Source of the DNA: Candidatus Limnocylindrales bacterium
GTDB lineage: Bacteria > Chloroflexota > Limnocylindria > Limnocylindrales > CSP1-4
Length of the DNA: 43,380 nt
NCBI GenBank assembly: GCA_036508975.1
Contig: DATCGK010000359.1
Coordinates: 1 to 43,380 of the forward strand
Reading direction: 5' to 3'
In this document: positions 19,573 through 29,702 of the stretch, in pieces
Numbering within the stretch: the first letter of the stretch is position 1
Layout: every line of letters begins with the position of its first letter
Made by a program: the position numbers and the translations under genes
The notes under the pieces: model-generated
Told to the model about the DNA's origin: nothing
Seen by the model: the letters and a program-made list of their open reading frames with translations, nothing else
Databases searched by the model: none

Positions 19573-20870
19573 ACGCGAGACGCGTGGCCCGGCGCGCCGG
19601 ACGGACCATCGTGCACAACTGGCCGCTCAAGCTTGCCGCCATCGTGCTGGCCACCCTGCTCTACGCGGGCCTCGTCGCCTCGCAGGACAGCAACACGTAC
19701 CCGGGCCCCATCACCGTCACGCCGGTCAACCGGCCGGCCGGGACGGTCATCACCAACCAGCTGCGCGACGTCGAGCAGATCCAGTACATCGCCCCGGCCG
19801 ACCTGGGTCGTCTTCGCGCCGAGGACTTCCGGGCGACCGTGGACCTGGCGAACGTCAAGCCCGACGGCAACCCGGTGAGCCTGCGCGTCAACGTCACCGC
19901 CGTGGACCCGCGCGTGACCATCCTCGGCGTCCGGCCGCTGACCATCCAGGTCGAGCTGGATCAGGTGGTGAGCAAGACCGTCAAGGTCGTCGTGACCCAA
20001 TCGGATCCCCCTCCGGGCCTGCAGGTGGGCGAGGTCACGGTCTCGCCGGCCACGGTCGTTGTCACCGGTCCCTCCGCCGCCGTCAACCAGGTCGTCAATG
20101 CCCACGTCTCCGCCACGATCGACGGCAGCGGTGTCAACGTTGACCGTGACGTCGCGCCCGTTGCCGTGGATGCGGCCGGCCAGGCCGTCACCGGGGTCAA
20201 CCTGGACCCCCCCCTCGTCCACGTGACGATCCCGGTGTACACCAACCTCCAGAACCGCACGCTGCCGGTCAATCCGATCGTCACGGGCACGCCCGCCGCG
20301 GGCTTCCGGATCGGGTCCGTGGACGTCAACCCGCTCGTCGTGTCGGTCGAAGGCGACCAGGCCCAGCTGCAGGCGCTCGTGGCGGCGGACACCGCACCGG
20401 TGCCGGTCTCTGGAGCCACGAGGGACGTCACCAGCCACGTCGCGTACTCGCTGCCGACCGGCGTGTCCGTCATCGGGGACCAGACCGCGACGATGGTGGT
20501 GCACATCGTGCCCGTCACGGAGACCCGTACGTTCGTGGCGGGCATCCGCCTTGACGGTCGCCAGGCCCAGCTGCAATACGATGCGTCCGACACACGGGTG
20601 CTCCTGACGCTGTTCGGCTCGACCGCCGACCTCGACCGCCTCTCAGCGTCGCCGCTCGTCATCGCGCTCAACGTCGCCGGCCTGGGCCCCGGGTCGCACG
20701 ACGTCCCGGTGGTCCCGTCACTGCCCTCGGCGGTGACCGTGGCGGCCATCTCGCCGCCGACCGTCACCGTGATGGTCACCGAGCGCCCCACGCCCTCGCC
20801 GGTGCCGACCGCGGCGCCCTCCGCGTCCCCGGGGCCGTCCCCGTCGGTCGCGCCGTCGGCCTCGCCCTGA
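19569..20870 (+). CDS. cdaR: CdaA regulatory protein CdaR (YbbR-repeat protein)
   Basis: 433 aa. N-terminal TM anchor (WPLKLAAIVLATLLYAGLV) followed by repeated YbbR-like beta units (V.V.P..V.V.L..., V.V.P..V.V.G). ATGA overlap with cdaA. Pro/Ser-rich tail. Confidence 0.85.
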   Translation: MNARRVARRAGRTIVHNWPLKLAAIVLATLLYAGLVASQDSNTYPGPITVTPVNRPAGTVITNQLRDVEQIQYIAPADLGRLRAEDFRATVDLANVKPDGNPVSLRVNVTAVDPRVTILGVRPLTIQVELDQVVSKTVKVVVTQSDPPPGLQVGEVTVSPATVVVTGPSAAVNQVVNAHVSATIDGSGVNVDRDVAPVAVDAAGQAVTGVNLDPPLVHVTIPVYTNLQNRTLPVNPIVTGTPAAGFRIGSVDVNPLVVSVEGDQAQLQALVAADTAPVPVSGATRDVTSHVAYSLPTGVSVIGDQTATMVVHIVPVTETRTFVAGIRLDGRQAQLQYDASDTRVLLTLFGSTADLDRLSASPLVIALNVAGLGPGSHDVPVVPSLPSAVTVAAISPPTVTVMVTERPTPSPVPTAAPSASPGPSPSVAPSASP

Positions 20871-20907
20871 CCCCTCTCGCCTCCACCCCCTCGCACGAGG
20901 ACACTGC

Positions 20908-22242
20908 ATGACCCGCCTCTTCGGCACGGATGGCATCCGCGGGGCCGCCAACGTGGACCTCCGTCCCTCCCTGGCCTTCGCGCTCGGCCGGGCGACCGCG
21001 TATCGCGTCGTCGGCGCCGGTGGCTCGCTGGTCGTCGGCCAGGACACGCGCCGCTCCGGCGACATGTTCGTGGCCGCCATCACGGCCGGGGCCACCAGCA
21101 TGGGCGTGGACGTGCACGGCGTGGGGGTTGTGCCCACGCCGGCGCTGTCGCACCTCGCGTGCGAAGGCGAGTTCGCAGCGGGGATCATGGTCTCGGCCTC
21201 GCACAACCCGGCCGAGGACAACGGGCTCAAGGTCCTGGACCCGTGCGGCCTCAAGCTGGACGACGACCTCGAGGACGAGCTGGAGGCCCTGGTCCTCCGT
21301 GCCGACGAGCTACCTGGCGTGGCGCCCGCGGCGATCGGGAGAGCCGTGAACGCGACTGCCCTCCTCGACCGCTACGTCGCCCACCGGACGTCGCTGGCTC
21401 AGGCCGTCGCCGCACCGGGCCTGCACGTCGTCCTCGACACGGCGAACGGGGCCGCCTGTTGCGTGGCTCCGGCGATCCTGCGGGCGACCGGTGCCCGCGT
21501 CACCGTGATCCACGATGCGCCCGACGGCGACAACATCAACCTCCGCTGCGGCGCGACCCAGCCTGAATCGCTGATGGAGGCGGTCCTGGCGCACGGGGCG
21601 GACGTGGGCTTCGCCCTGGACGGGGACGCGGACCGGTGCGTGGCGGTTGACGCCGCGGGGCGGCTCGTGGACGGGGATCAGGTCCTGGGGATCCTGGCCC
21701 TCGAGCGGCTCGCCCGCGGCGCACTCGACCACCTGAGCCTCGTCGTGTCGGTCCTCTCGAACGGGGGCCTGCAGCAGGCGGTCGAGGCGGCCGGCGGGCG
21801 CCTGGTCCGGACCCCGGTCGGCGACAAGCACATCTTCGCGGCGATGCAGGTCTCGGGAGCGGGCCTCGGCGGCGAGAAGAGCGGCCACGTGATCGTCCGC
21901 GAGCACGCGATGTCCGGGGACGGGATCCTGACGGCCATCGAGCTGCTGCGGGTGATGACCACGGCCGGAGTGGGCCTGGGCGAGCTGGCGGTCTCGATCC
22001 CGCTCCTGCCCCAGCAGCAGCGCGCCATCCGGGTGCGCCACCGCGACCAGTGGGAGGCGGACGACATCCTCCAGCAGGCCATCGCCGAGGCCTCGGCCCG
22101 GCTGGCGCCCCACGGCCGGATCCTTGTCCGCCCCTCGGGCACCGAGCCCGTGCTGCGGGTGATGGTCGAAGGCACCGACGCGGCGGACGTCGCCGCGATC
22201 GCCGACGCGATCGCGGCCCTCGCAGGTCAGCGTCTACACTAA
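20908..22242 (+). CDS. glmM: Phosphoglucosamine mutase
   Basis: 444 aa, MTRLFGTDGIRG, active-site SASHNPAEDNGLKV, GDGDADR-type loop (LDGDADRC). Confidence 0.97.
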   Translation: MTRLFGTDGIRGAANVDLRPSLAFALGRATAYRVVGAGGSLVVGQDTRRSGDMFVAAITAGATSMGVDVHGVGVVPTPALSHLACEGEFAAGIMVSASHNPAEDNGLKVLDPCGLKLDDDLEDELEALVLRADELPGVAPAAIGRAVNATALLDRYVAHRTSLAQAVAAPGLHVVLDTANGAACCVAPAILRATGARVTVIHDAPDGDNINLRCGATQPESLMEAVLAHGADVGFALDGDADRCVAVDAAGRLVDGDQVLGILALERLARGALDHLSLVVSVLSNGGLQQAVEAAGGRLVRTPVGDKHIFAAMQVSGAGLGGEKSGHVIVREHAMSGDGILTAIELLRVMTTAGVGLGELAVSIPLLPQQQRAIRVRHRDQWEADDILQQAIAEASARLAPHGRILVRPSGTEPVLRVMVEGTDAADVAAIADAIAALAGQRLH

Positions 22243-22302
22243 CCCGGCACTCGCCCGGCCGCGCCGGGCCGCGTCCGCCCCCGAAGGAGAACCCGAAGCG
22301 GC

Positions 22303-24132
<1,830 letters not shown>

Positions 24133-24135
24133 GGG

Positions 24136-24738
24136 ATGACGCCCGCATGCCCCGACGGCCAGCTGCACCTGCCCGCGGGTCTCGTGCCCGAGGGAACGAC
24201 AGAGCTCGGCATCGACATCATCAAGGTCGATCGGATCCGCGCCGCCATCGAGCGGTTCGGCGAGCGGTTCTCGCGCCGCGTGCTGACGGAGCGCGAGCGG
24301 CGCTACGTCCGGGACCGCCCGGAGACCTTCGCCGGGCGCTGGGCCGCCAAGGAGGCGGTCTCCAAGGTCCTGGGCCTGGGTGTTCGCGGGATCGGCTGGA
24401 AGGACATCGAGGTCGAACGGATGCCCACGGGGCAGCCGGCCGTGCGGCTGCACGGGCGTGCCGAGCAACGTGCCGAGCAGTTGGGGATGGGCCGCATCGC
24501 CGTCTCGATCACCCACGAGACGGACTACGCCGTCGCGATCGCGTTCGGCGTCCGCACGGCGGGCGGGCGCTATGTCTTCCCGCTGGACATCGACGATCGT
24601 ATCGATGAGCGGGAGCGGGTCCTGCTCCGCCGGCTGGATCGCATGCGCGAGCTCCACACCGCCACCCAGGCACTGGCCGCGGAGGCCGCCGGACCGGGGA
24701 GCGAGCCGGGAAACGGACCGGAGGACGGACATGGCTGA
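24136..24738 (+). CDS. acpS: Holo-[acyl-carrier-protein] synthase with N- and C-terminal extensions
   Basis: Core GIDIIKVDRIRAAIERFGERF...FAGRWAAKEAVSKVLG...VSITHETDYAVAIA, plus a C-terminal tail of about 70 aa. Overlaps the next gene by 8 nt. Confidence 0.85.
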   Translation: MTPACPDGQLHLPAGLVPEGTTELGIDIIKVDRIRAAIERFGERFSRRVLTERERRYVRDRPETFAGRWAAKEAVSKVLGLGVRGIGWKDIEVERMPTGQPAVRLHGRAEQRAEQLGMGRIAVSITHETDYAVAIAFGVRTAGGRYVFPLDIDDRIDERERVLLRRLDRMRELHTATQALAAEAAGPGSEPGNGPEDGHG

Positions 24739-25810
24739 CCGGCAGCTGGGCTTCGGGCGGCGGGTGGAGGAAGCCGCGTCGGGTGGTTCGAAGCTGCCCG
24801 ATGGCACGGCTCGTCTCGACGACGAGTCGATGGCGCGCCTGCTGCCGGAGCGTCCGAAGCGGGGTCACAAGGGCACCTTCGGCAAGCTGCTCGTGATCGC
24901 CGGGTCGCTGGACTACGCGGGTGCCGCGCTCCTGGTCTGCCGTGCGGCGGGCCGGGCGGGCGCGGGCCTCGTGACGCTGGCGGTGCCCGAGTCGCTGCAG
25001 CCGCTGTTCGCGGCGAAGGTCGTGGAGGCGACCACGATGGCCCTGCCCGAGGACGACCTCGAGGAAGTGGACCCCGAGCCCGCCCTCGCCAAGGTGCTGG
25101 ACCACGAGCACGACGCCCTGGTGATCGGGCCCGGGCTCCGGCCCAGCCTGGCGACGGCCGACCTGCTGCGCCTGATCCTGACGGTGCCCGAGGAACCGGC
25201 CGGCGCCCCGGCCGTGCTGGACGCCGAGGCCCTGCGGACGCTGGCGGCCGTGGATGAATGGTGGACGCTGGTCACGCGACCCTGCGTGCTGACGCCCCAC
25301 GCGGGCGAGTTCGCCCGCCTGCGCACCGGCAGCGAGCACGACCCGGGCGCGGACGGTGACCTGAACGAGGACGACGGGGCCCGGGTCCGATCCGCGGCGT
25401 CCGCGGCGGCCGAATGGCGGCAGGTGGTGGTGCTCAAGGGCGCGAACACCGTGATCGCGGCGCCCGACGGCTCGGTCTCGATCGCGCCGTTCGAGAACCC
25501 GGCGATGGCATCCGGCGGCACCGGCGACGTCCTGGCTGGGACGATCGGCGCCCTCCTTGCCCAGGGCATGGCGCCGTACGACGCGGCACGCCTCGGGGTC
25601 TACCTCCACGGCCTGGCCGGGGACGCTGTCCGCGATCGGATCGGCGACGCCGGGCTGCTGGCGTCGGACCTGACCGAGGCCCTGCCGCTGGGCCGCCGGC
25701 GCTTGGCCCGGCTCGCCGAGCGGCAGCGATCCGGGCGACGGCTCGGCTTCGGCGCCCTTGACGGGGCCGGAGCCGGTACGTCGGAGGCGCCGGCCGGGGA
25801 CGAGGGATGA
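24731..25810 (+). CDS. nnrD: ADP-dependent NAD(P)H-hydrate dehydratase (YjeF C-terminal domain only)
   Basis: ATG at 24731 in ORF 24380-25810; HKGTFGKLLVIAGSLDYAGAALL and GGTGDVLAG motifs. No YjeF-N epimerase domain. Confidence 0.88.
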   Translation: MADRQLGFGRRVEEAASGGSKLPDGTARLDDESMARLLPERPKRGHKGTFGKLLVIAGSLDYAGAALLVCRAAGRAGAGLVTLAVPESLQPLFAAKVVEATTMALPEDDLEEVDPEPALAKVLDHEHDALVIGPGLRPSLATADLLRLILTVPEEPAGAPAVLDAEALRTLAAVDEWWTLVTRPCVLTPHAGEFARLRTGSEHDPGADGDLNEDDGARVRSAASAAAEWRQVVVLKGANTVIAAPDGSVSIAPFENPAMASGGTGDVLAGTIGALLAQGMAPYDAARLGVYLHGLAGDAVRDRIGDAGLLASDLTEALPLGRRRLARLAERQRSGRRLGFGALDGAGAGTSEAPAGDEG

Positions 25811-27159
25811 GGGACCCGGCGTCGTCGACGCCGTGGCCGCGGTCGCGACCGATCGAGGACCGCCTGCGGGAGGCCGGCCTCGCTCCATTGCCGCGGACCG
25901 CGTGGCTGGAGATCGACCTGGACGCGCTCCGGGAGAACCTCGCGGTCATGCGGGAGGTCGTCGGCCCGGGCGTGCGCGTCGAACCCGTCGTCAAGGCAGA
26001 CGCGTACGGCCACGGCGCGGTCCCGGTGGCCCGGGCCCTCGAGGCGGCAGATGCCGACGGGCTGTCCGTGGCGACGCTGGACGAGGCGTACGAGCTGCGC
26101 GAGGCGGGGATCTCGCTGCCGCTCCTGGTCATCTACCCCGCGCCGCCGGACCGCGTGGCCGCGGCCGCGCGCGCCGGGATCGCGGTGAGCATCGGCGCCG
26201 GACGGCTGCTGGACCGCGTCCTCGACGCCGCCGCGCGGGCGGTCGCGGAGGACCCGGGAGGACCGTCCCTCGAGATCCACGTCGAGATCGAGACGGGTCT
26301 GGGGCGCGGTGGAGCCATGCCGGACGAGGTCGCGTCGGCGATCCGCCGCGTTGCGGCGTCCCCGGGTGTCCGCCTCGGCGGCATCTGGACCCACCTGGCG
26401 GCGGCCGACGTCCCCTCCAACGCGCTTGCCCAGGACGAGCGGTTCGGACGCGCCCTGGATCCGACCCTGGGCGCGGTGCGCTACGGGTCCGACCCGGAGG
26501 CGGTCCGACGCCACCTGGCCGGGAGCGGCGGCGTCCTCGGTGGCGACGTGGCGCTCTGGGACGCGGTCCGGGTTGGCCTGTCCATCTATGGCCTCGTCCC
26601 CGACACGCTCGTGCTGCCCGCGTCGATCGCGACAACCGCCACGCGGCTGCGACCCGTCATGGCGCTCAAGGGCCGTGCCGTTCGCGTGGCGGACCTGCCG
26701 GCCGGCCACGGGGTCTCGTACGGGCCGACGTTCGTGACCGCCCGCCCGTCGCGGATCGCGACGCTGCCGGTGGGCTATGCCGACGGCTGGCGGCGGTTCC
26801 TCTCGGACCGTTCCGAGGGCCTGGTGCGTGGCGTCCGCGTGCCGCTGGTGGGCCGCGTGGCCATGGATGCCGTGATGCTGGACGTCACGGACGTGCCCGG
26901 GCCGCCGGTTGACGAGGACGACGAGTTCGTCCTGCTGGGCGAGCAGGCAGGGGACCGGATCACCGCCCTCGAGCTTGCCGCCACGGGTGGCACGATCAGC
27001 TACGAGATCCTCGCCGGGATGTCTCGGCGCCTGCCCCGGGTGTACCATGCCGCCGGTTTGCCCGTCGAGGTCCGGACGCTCGCGGGAGGGAGATCCGAAT
27101 GGCACGCATCGAGCTCTGGAATGGCGACATCTGCGACCTCGAGGTCGATGCCATCGTGA
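25807..27159 (+). CDS. alr: Alanine racemase
   Basis: VVKADAYGHGA (PLP lysine), PVGYADGW and YEIL...RLPRVY motifs. ATGA overlap with nnrD. The 3' tail overlaps the next gene by 61 nt. Confidence 0.93.
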   Translation: MRDPASSTPWPRSRPIEDRLREAGLAPLPRTAWLEIDLDALRENLAVMREVVGPGVRVEPVVKADAYGHGAVPVARALEAADADGLSVATLDEAYELREAGISLPLLVIYPAPPDRVAAAARAGIAVSIGAGRLLDRVLDAAARAVAEDPGGPSLEIHVEIETGLGRGGAMPDEVASAIRRVAASPGVRLGGIWTHLAAADVPSNALAQDERFGRALDPTLGAVRYGSDPEAVRRHLAGSGGVLGGDVALWDAVRVGLSIYGLVPDTLVLPASIATTATRLRPVMALKGRAVRVADLPAGHGVSYGPTFVTARPSRIATLPVGYADGWRRFLSDRSEGLVRGVRVPLVGRVAMDAVMLDVTDVPGPPVDEDDEFVLLGEQAGDRITALELAATGGTISYEILAGMSRRLPRVYHAAGLPVEVRTLAGGRSEWHASSSGMATSATSRSMPS

Positions 27160-27734
27160 GCCCGGCGTCGACGTCCATGTGGATGTCCACCGGGGTGGCC
27201 GGCGAGTTGAAGCGCACGGGTGGGGACGCGATCGAGTTCGCGGCCCTCCGGCTGGCGCCCGTCGGCCTGGGCGAGGCGGTCGTCACGCCCGCCGGCCGGC
27301 TTGCCGCCCGCTACGTCATCCATGCCGTCTCCCTCGAGCGCGACCGCCGCACGAGCGGCCCGGCGATCGACCGTGCCGCGCGCAGCGCGATGGCCCGGGC
27401 CCGCGAGCTCGGCCTCTCCAGCATCGCGTTCCCGGCGCTCGGGACGGGGATCGGCGGGTTTCCCATGGACGAGGCCGCCTCGATCGCCGTCGGGGCCGTC
27501 CGGGACGAGCTGGCCACGCCGTCGTCGATCGAGCACGTGATCTTCGCCCTCAGGGGCGCCGCCGCCTACGAGGCGTTCGTCCGCGCCCTCGCCACGAGCG
27601 ACCCGGCCCCGACGCGGGCCCTGCTCACCCCGGTGGTATGGACGTCCGCAGGACCGCGCGACTCGCAGCCCGCCGGCATCCCGGCCTCGCCGGCCGGACG
27701 GCCTGCGGCGGGCCGCCTCGAGGACCTCGCGTGA
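27099..27734 (+). CDS. Macro-domain protein (ADP-ribose binding/hydrolase fold)
   Basis: 211 aa with IELWNGDICDLEVDAIVSPA, GEAVVTPAGRLAARYVIHAV and SIAFPALGTGIGGFP motifs. GGGAGGGA SD upstream. Confidence 0.85.
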   Translation: MARIELWNGDICDLEVDAIVSPASTSMWMSTGVAGELKRTGGDAIEFAALRLAPVGLGEAVVTPAGRLAARYVIHAVSLERDRRTSGPAIDRAARSAMARARELGLSSIAFPALGTGIGGFPMDEAASIAVGAVRDELATPSSIEHVIFALRGAAAYEAFVRALATSDPAPTRALLTPVVWTSAGPRDSQPAGIPASPAGRPAAGRLEDLA

Positions 27735-28021
27735 GCTTTCCCATGGAGCCGTTCGACGAGCGCCGCGAGGCCCTCGTCGAGGCGGTCGCGCGCGAGATCC
27801 GGCTGCGCGGCCTGACCGGGCCCGCCGTCCACTTCCTTGAGGCCAGCCGTCCGTACCGTCCGCTAGGCGCGCCCGCGATGCTCTTCTTCGACCCGGTCCT
27901 GGGGGAGCTGTTCGGCGGGGAGACCCCGTCCGCCACCGAGCTCCTGCGCGACGACGCCGGCATCGAGGCGCTGATCGACCGGCTCGAGGAGCTCGACGAG
28001 GCCGACGGCTGGGACGCCTGA
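27731..28021 (+). CDS. Small acidic hypothetical protein (~96 aa)
   Basis: GTG at 27731 overlaps the macro-gene TGA (GTGA); ATG at 27743 is an alternative start. Codon usage looks coding. No family recognised. Confidence 0.55.
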   Translation: MSFPMEPFDERREALVEAVAREIRLRGLTGPAVHFLEASRPYRPLGAPAMLFFDPVLGELFGGETPSATELLRDDAGIEALIDRLEELDEADGWDA

Positions 28022-28078
28022 TCCCGACAATGGGGTCCCGACATCCGGCCCCCATATCGGGGTCCGGTCGCCCGCCGC

Positions 28079-28087
28079 TGATAGCAT
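28079..28087 (+). promoter_or_regulatory. Candidate extended -10 element for a leaderless transcript of the 535-aa gene
   Basis: TGaTAGCAT ending 7 nt before the GTG at 28095; no SD. Confidence 0.3.
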
Positions 28088-28094
28088 CGGCCGG

Positions 28095-29702
28095 GTGAGC
28101 AGCGAGCAGCCGGTCTTTGCCGCCGTCGACCGAGGGACGGCGACGGTCGCGGTCGCCCTCGTCGGGCGGGTGGACGCACGCTGGCGGCTGCTCGGCAGCA
28201 CCGCGGCCCCGGCCGGCGTCCCGCAGGAGGCCCTGCTCGAGCGCCTGCGCAGGCGGCTGGCGGCGACGGACGCCTCGCTCGCCGCGGACCTCGGGCTCGG
28301 ATCCGTGGGCGCCGCCGCCGGGATCCCGGGCGTCGCCTGCTCCACGTCCCCCGCCCCCGAGCTCGCCGTCGTGGCGGCCACGGAGCGCGTCGTGCGTCCG
28401 CTGGTCGCGGCGGCTTCGATGGCCGGGTGGCGAGTCCGCCCGCTGGTCCTCGACGGCGCCGAGATCCTCGCCGTGGCGACCGCGCTCGCCGACCCGCGCG
28501 TGGGGGCGGTCCTGGCCGGCGCGTCCGATCCGCCGGGGGCCGACGAGCACCCGTTGATCGCGGATCTCGGGGCGCTGGTTGCGGCCACGACCGAGCGGCG
28601 GCCGGACCTCGTGGCCGTGCTCGCCGGGGGCCTTGCCGAGCCCGGCGGCCGAACCGAGGGCCTGTTCCGGCCGGACCGGCCCGGGCCCACCGTGCTTGCT
28701 CCATCGCCGGCCGCCGGTGGGGGAGAGCCACTGCGCGCCCTGCTCGACGGGCTGCGTGGCGGCGCGCACGACGGCCGGCGTGCCCTGGCCACGGCGACCG
28801 GCACCCTGGCTGATGTCCTGCAGCGTCGCATCGAGGTGGTCGAAATCGGCCAGACGGGTGCGGCGCGCACGGCAGCCGCGTGGACGGCCGGTGCCGCCGC
28901 GGTTCCCCGCGTGGCGATCGTCCCCGAGGCCGCGCTCCTGCCGCTCTCCTTCGCGGACGCCCACCTCGACGCGGTGATGGGCTGGCTCACGATCCCCCTC
29001 GACCGGCTCCGCGTGCGGGACCGGCTGCGAGAGCTCGCCCTCGCGCCCTGGGGCAATGCCACGGGCGACGGTGCACTGCTGCGACTCGCGGCCGCCCGGG
29101 CCGCCCTCGCGCGGCTCGCGGCCGCGACGCCGGACTTCGACGGGCAGCCGGGCCCCGATCTCGTCGTCGCGGCGGGTGGGGCGTGGAACGGTGCGCCGGG
29201 CTCGGCGGTCGCGCTCGCCCTGGCCGACGTGCTGCGACGCCCGGGGGTGCGGGCCGCCGGCCTGGATCACGCCCGGCTGCTGGCGCCGCTCGGGACGATC
29301 GAGGACGCGGAGGAGCGGCACGCGGTCATCGCCGATCTGCGCGATGACCTCCTGGTCCCCCTCGGCAGCGTGCTGATGCCCGCCGGGTTGCGCCCCGGCC
29401 GGTCCGCGGGCCGCCTGGAGATACGCGGCCAGGGCGGTCCCGCGGAGCTGGACCTGGTGCCCGGCGGCCTGGAGCTCGTGGACCTGCCGCCCGGAGGGCG
29501 CGCCGTGGTGGAGCTGCAGCTTCGGGACCCGGTCCGTCTCGGGCTGCGGACACGCCACGTGGCGATGGAAGTTGCCGGCGGGCTGGGCGGGCTGCTCGTG
29601 GACCTGCGCGATGTGCCGCTGCAGCTCCCGGAGCGCCTGGAGCGCCGTCGCGAGCTGCTGGCTTCGTGGCAGGCCGCCCTGTGGCCGGATCTCGAGACAT
29701 GA
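28095..29702 (+). CDS. Hypothetical protein with ASKHA (actin/Hsp70/sugar-kinase)-like motifs, possibly of the MutL/GlmL-like family
   Basis: 535 aa. N-terminal FAAVDRGTATVAV (phosphate-1-like DxGT.T), VVEIGQTGAA (degenerate phosphate-2), VVAAGGAWNGAPG (adenosine-like GG), and C-terminal VAGGLGGLLVDLRDVPLQLP. The assignment is from memory of these motifs only. Confidence 0.6.
   Translation: MSSEQPVFAAVDRGTATVAVALVGRVDARWRLLGSTAAPAGVPQEALLERLRRRLAATDASLAADLGLGSVGAAAGIPGVACSTSPAPELAVVAATERVVRPLVAAASMAGWRVRPLVLDGAEILAVATALADPRVGAVLAGASDPPGADEHPLIADLGALVAATTERRPDLVAVLAGGLAEPGGRTEGLFRPDRPGPTVLAPSPAAGGGEPLRALLDGLRGGAHDGRRALATATGTLADVLQRRIEVVEIGQTGAARTAAAWTAGAAAVPRVAIVPEAALLPLSFADAHLDAVMGWLTIPLDRLRVRDRLRELALAPWGNATGDGALLRLAAARAALARLAAATPDFDGQPGPDLVVAAGGAWNGAPGSAVALALADVLRRPGVRAAGLDHARLLAPLGTIEDAEERHAVIADLRDDLLVPLGSVLMPAGLRPGRSAGRLEIRGQGGPAELDLVPGGLELVDLPPGGRAVVELQLRDPVRLGLRTRHVAMEVAGGLGGLLVDLRDVPLQLPERLERRRELLASWQAALWPDLET

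Noticed and set aside
22243-22302. Possible glmS ribozyme upstream of glmS.
   Set aside because: The glmM-glmS gap is only 60 nt, whereas the ribozyme needs about 170 nt. It contains just a 7-bp GC hairpin (22253-22269) and an SD. I could not see any glmS-ribozyme core.
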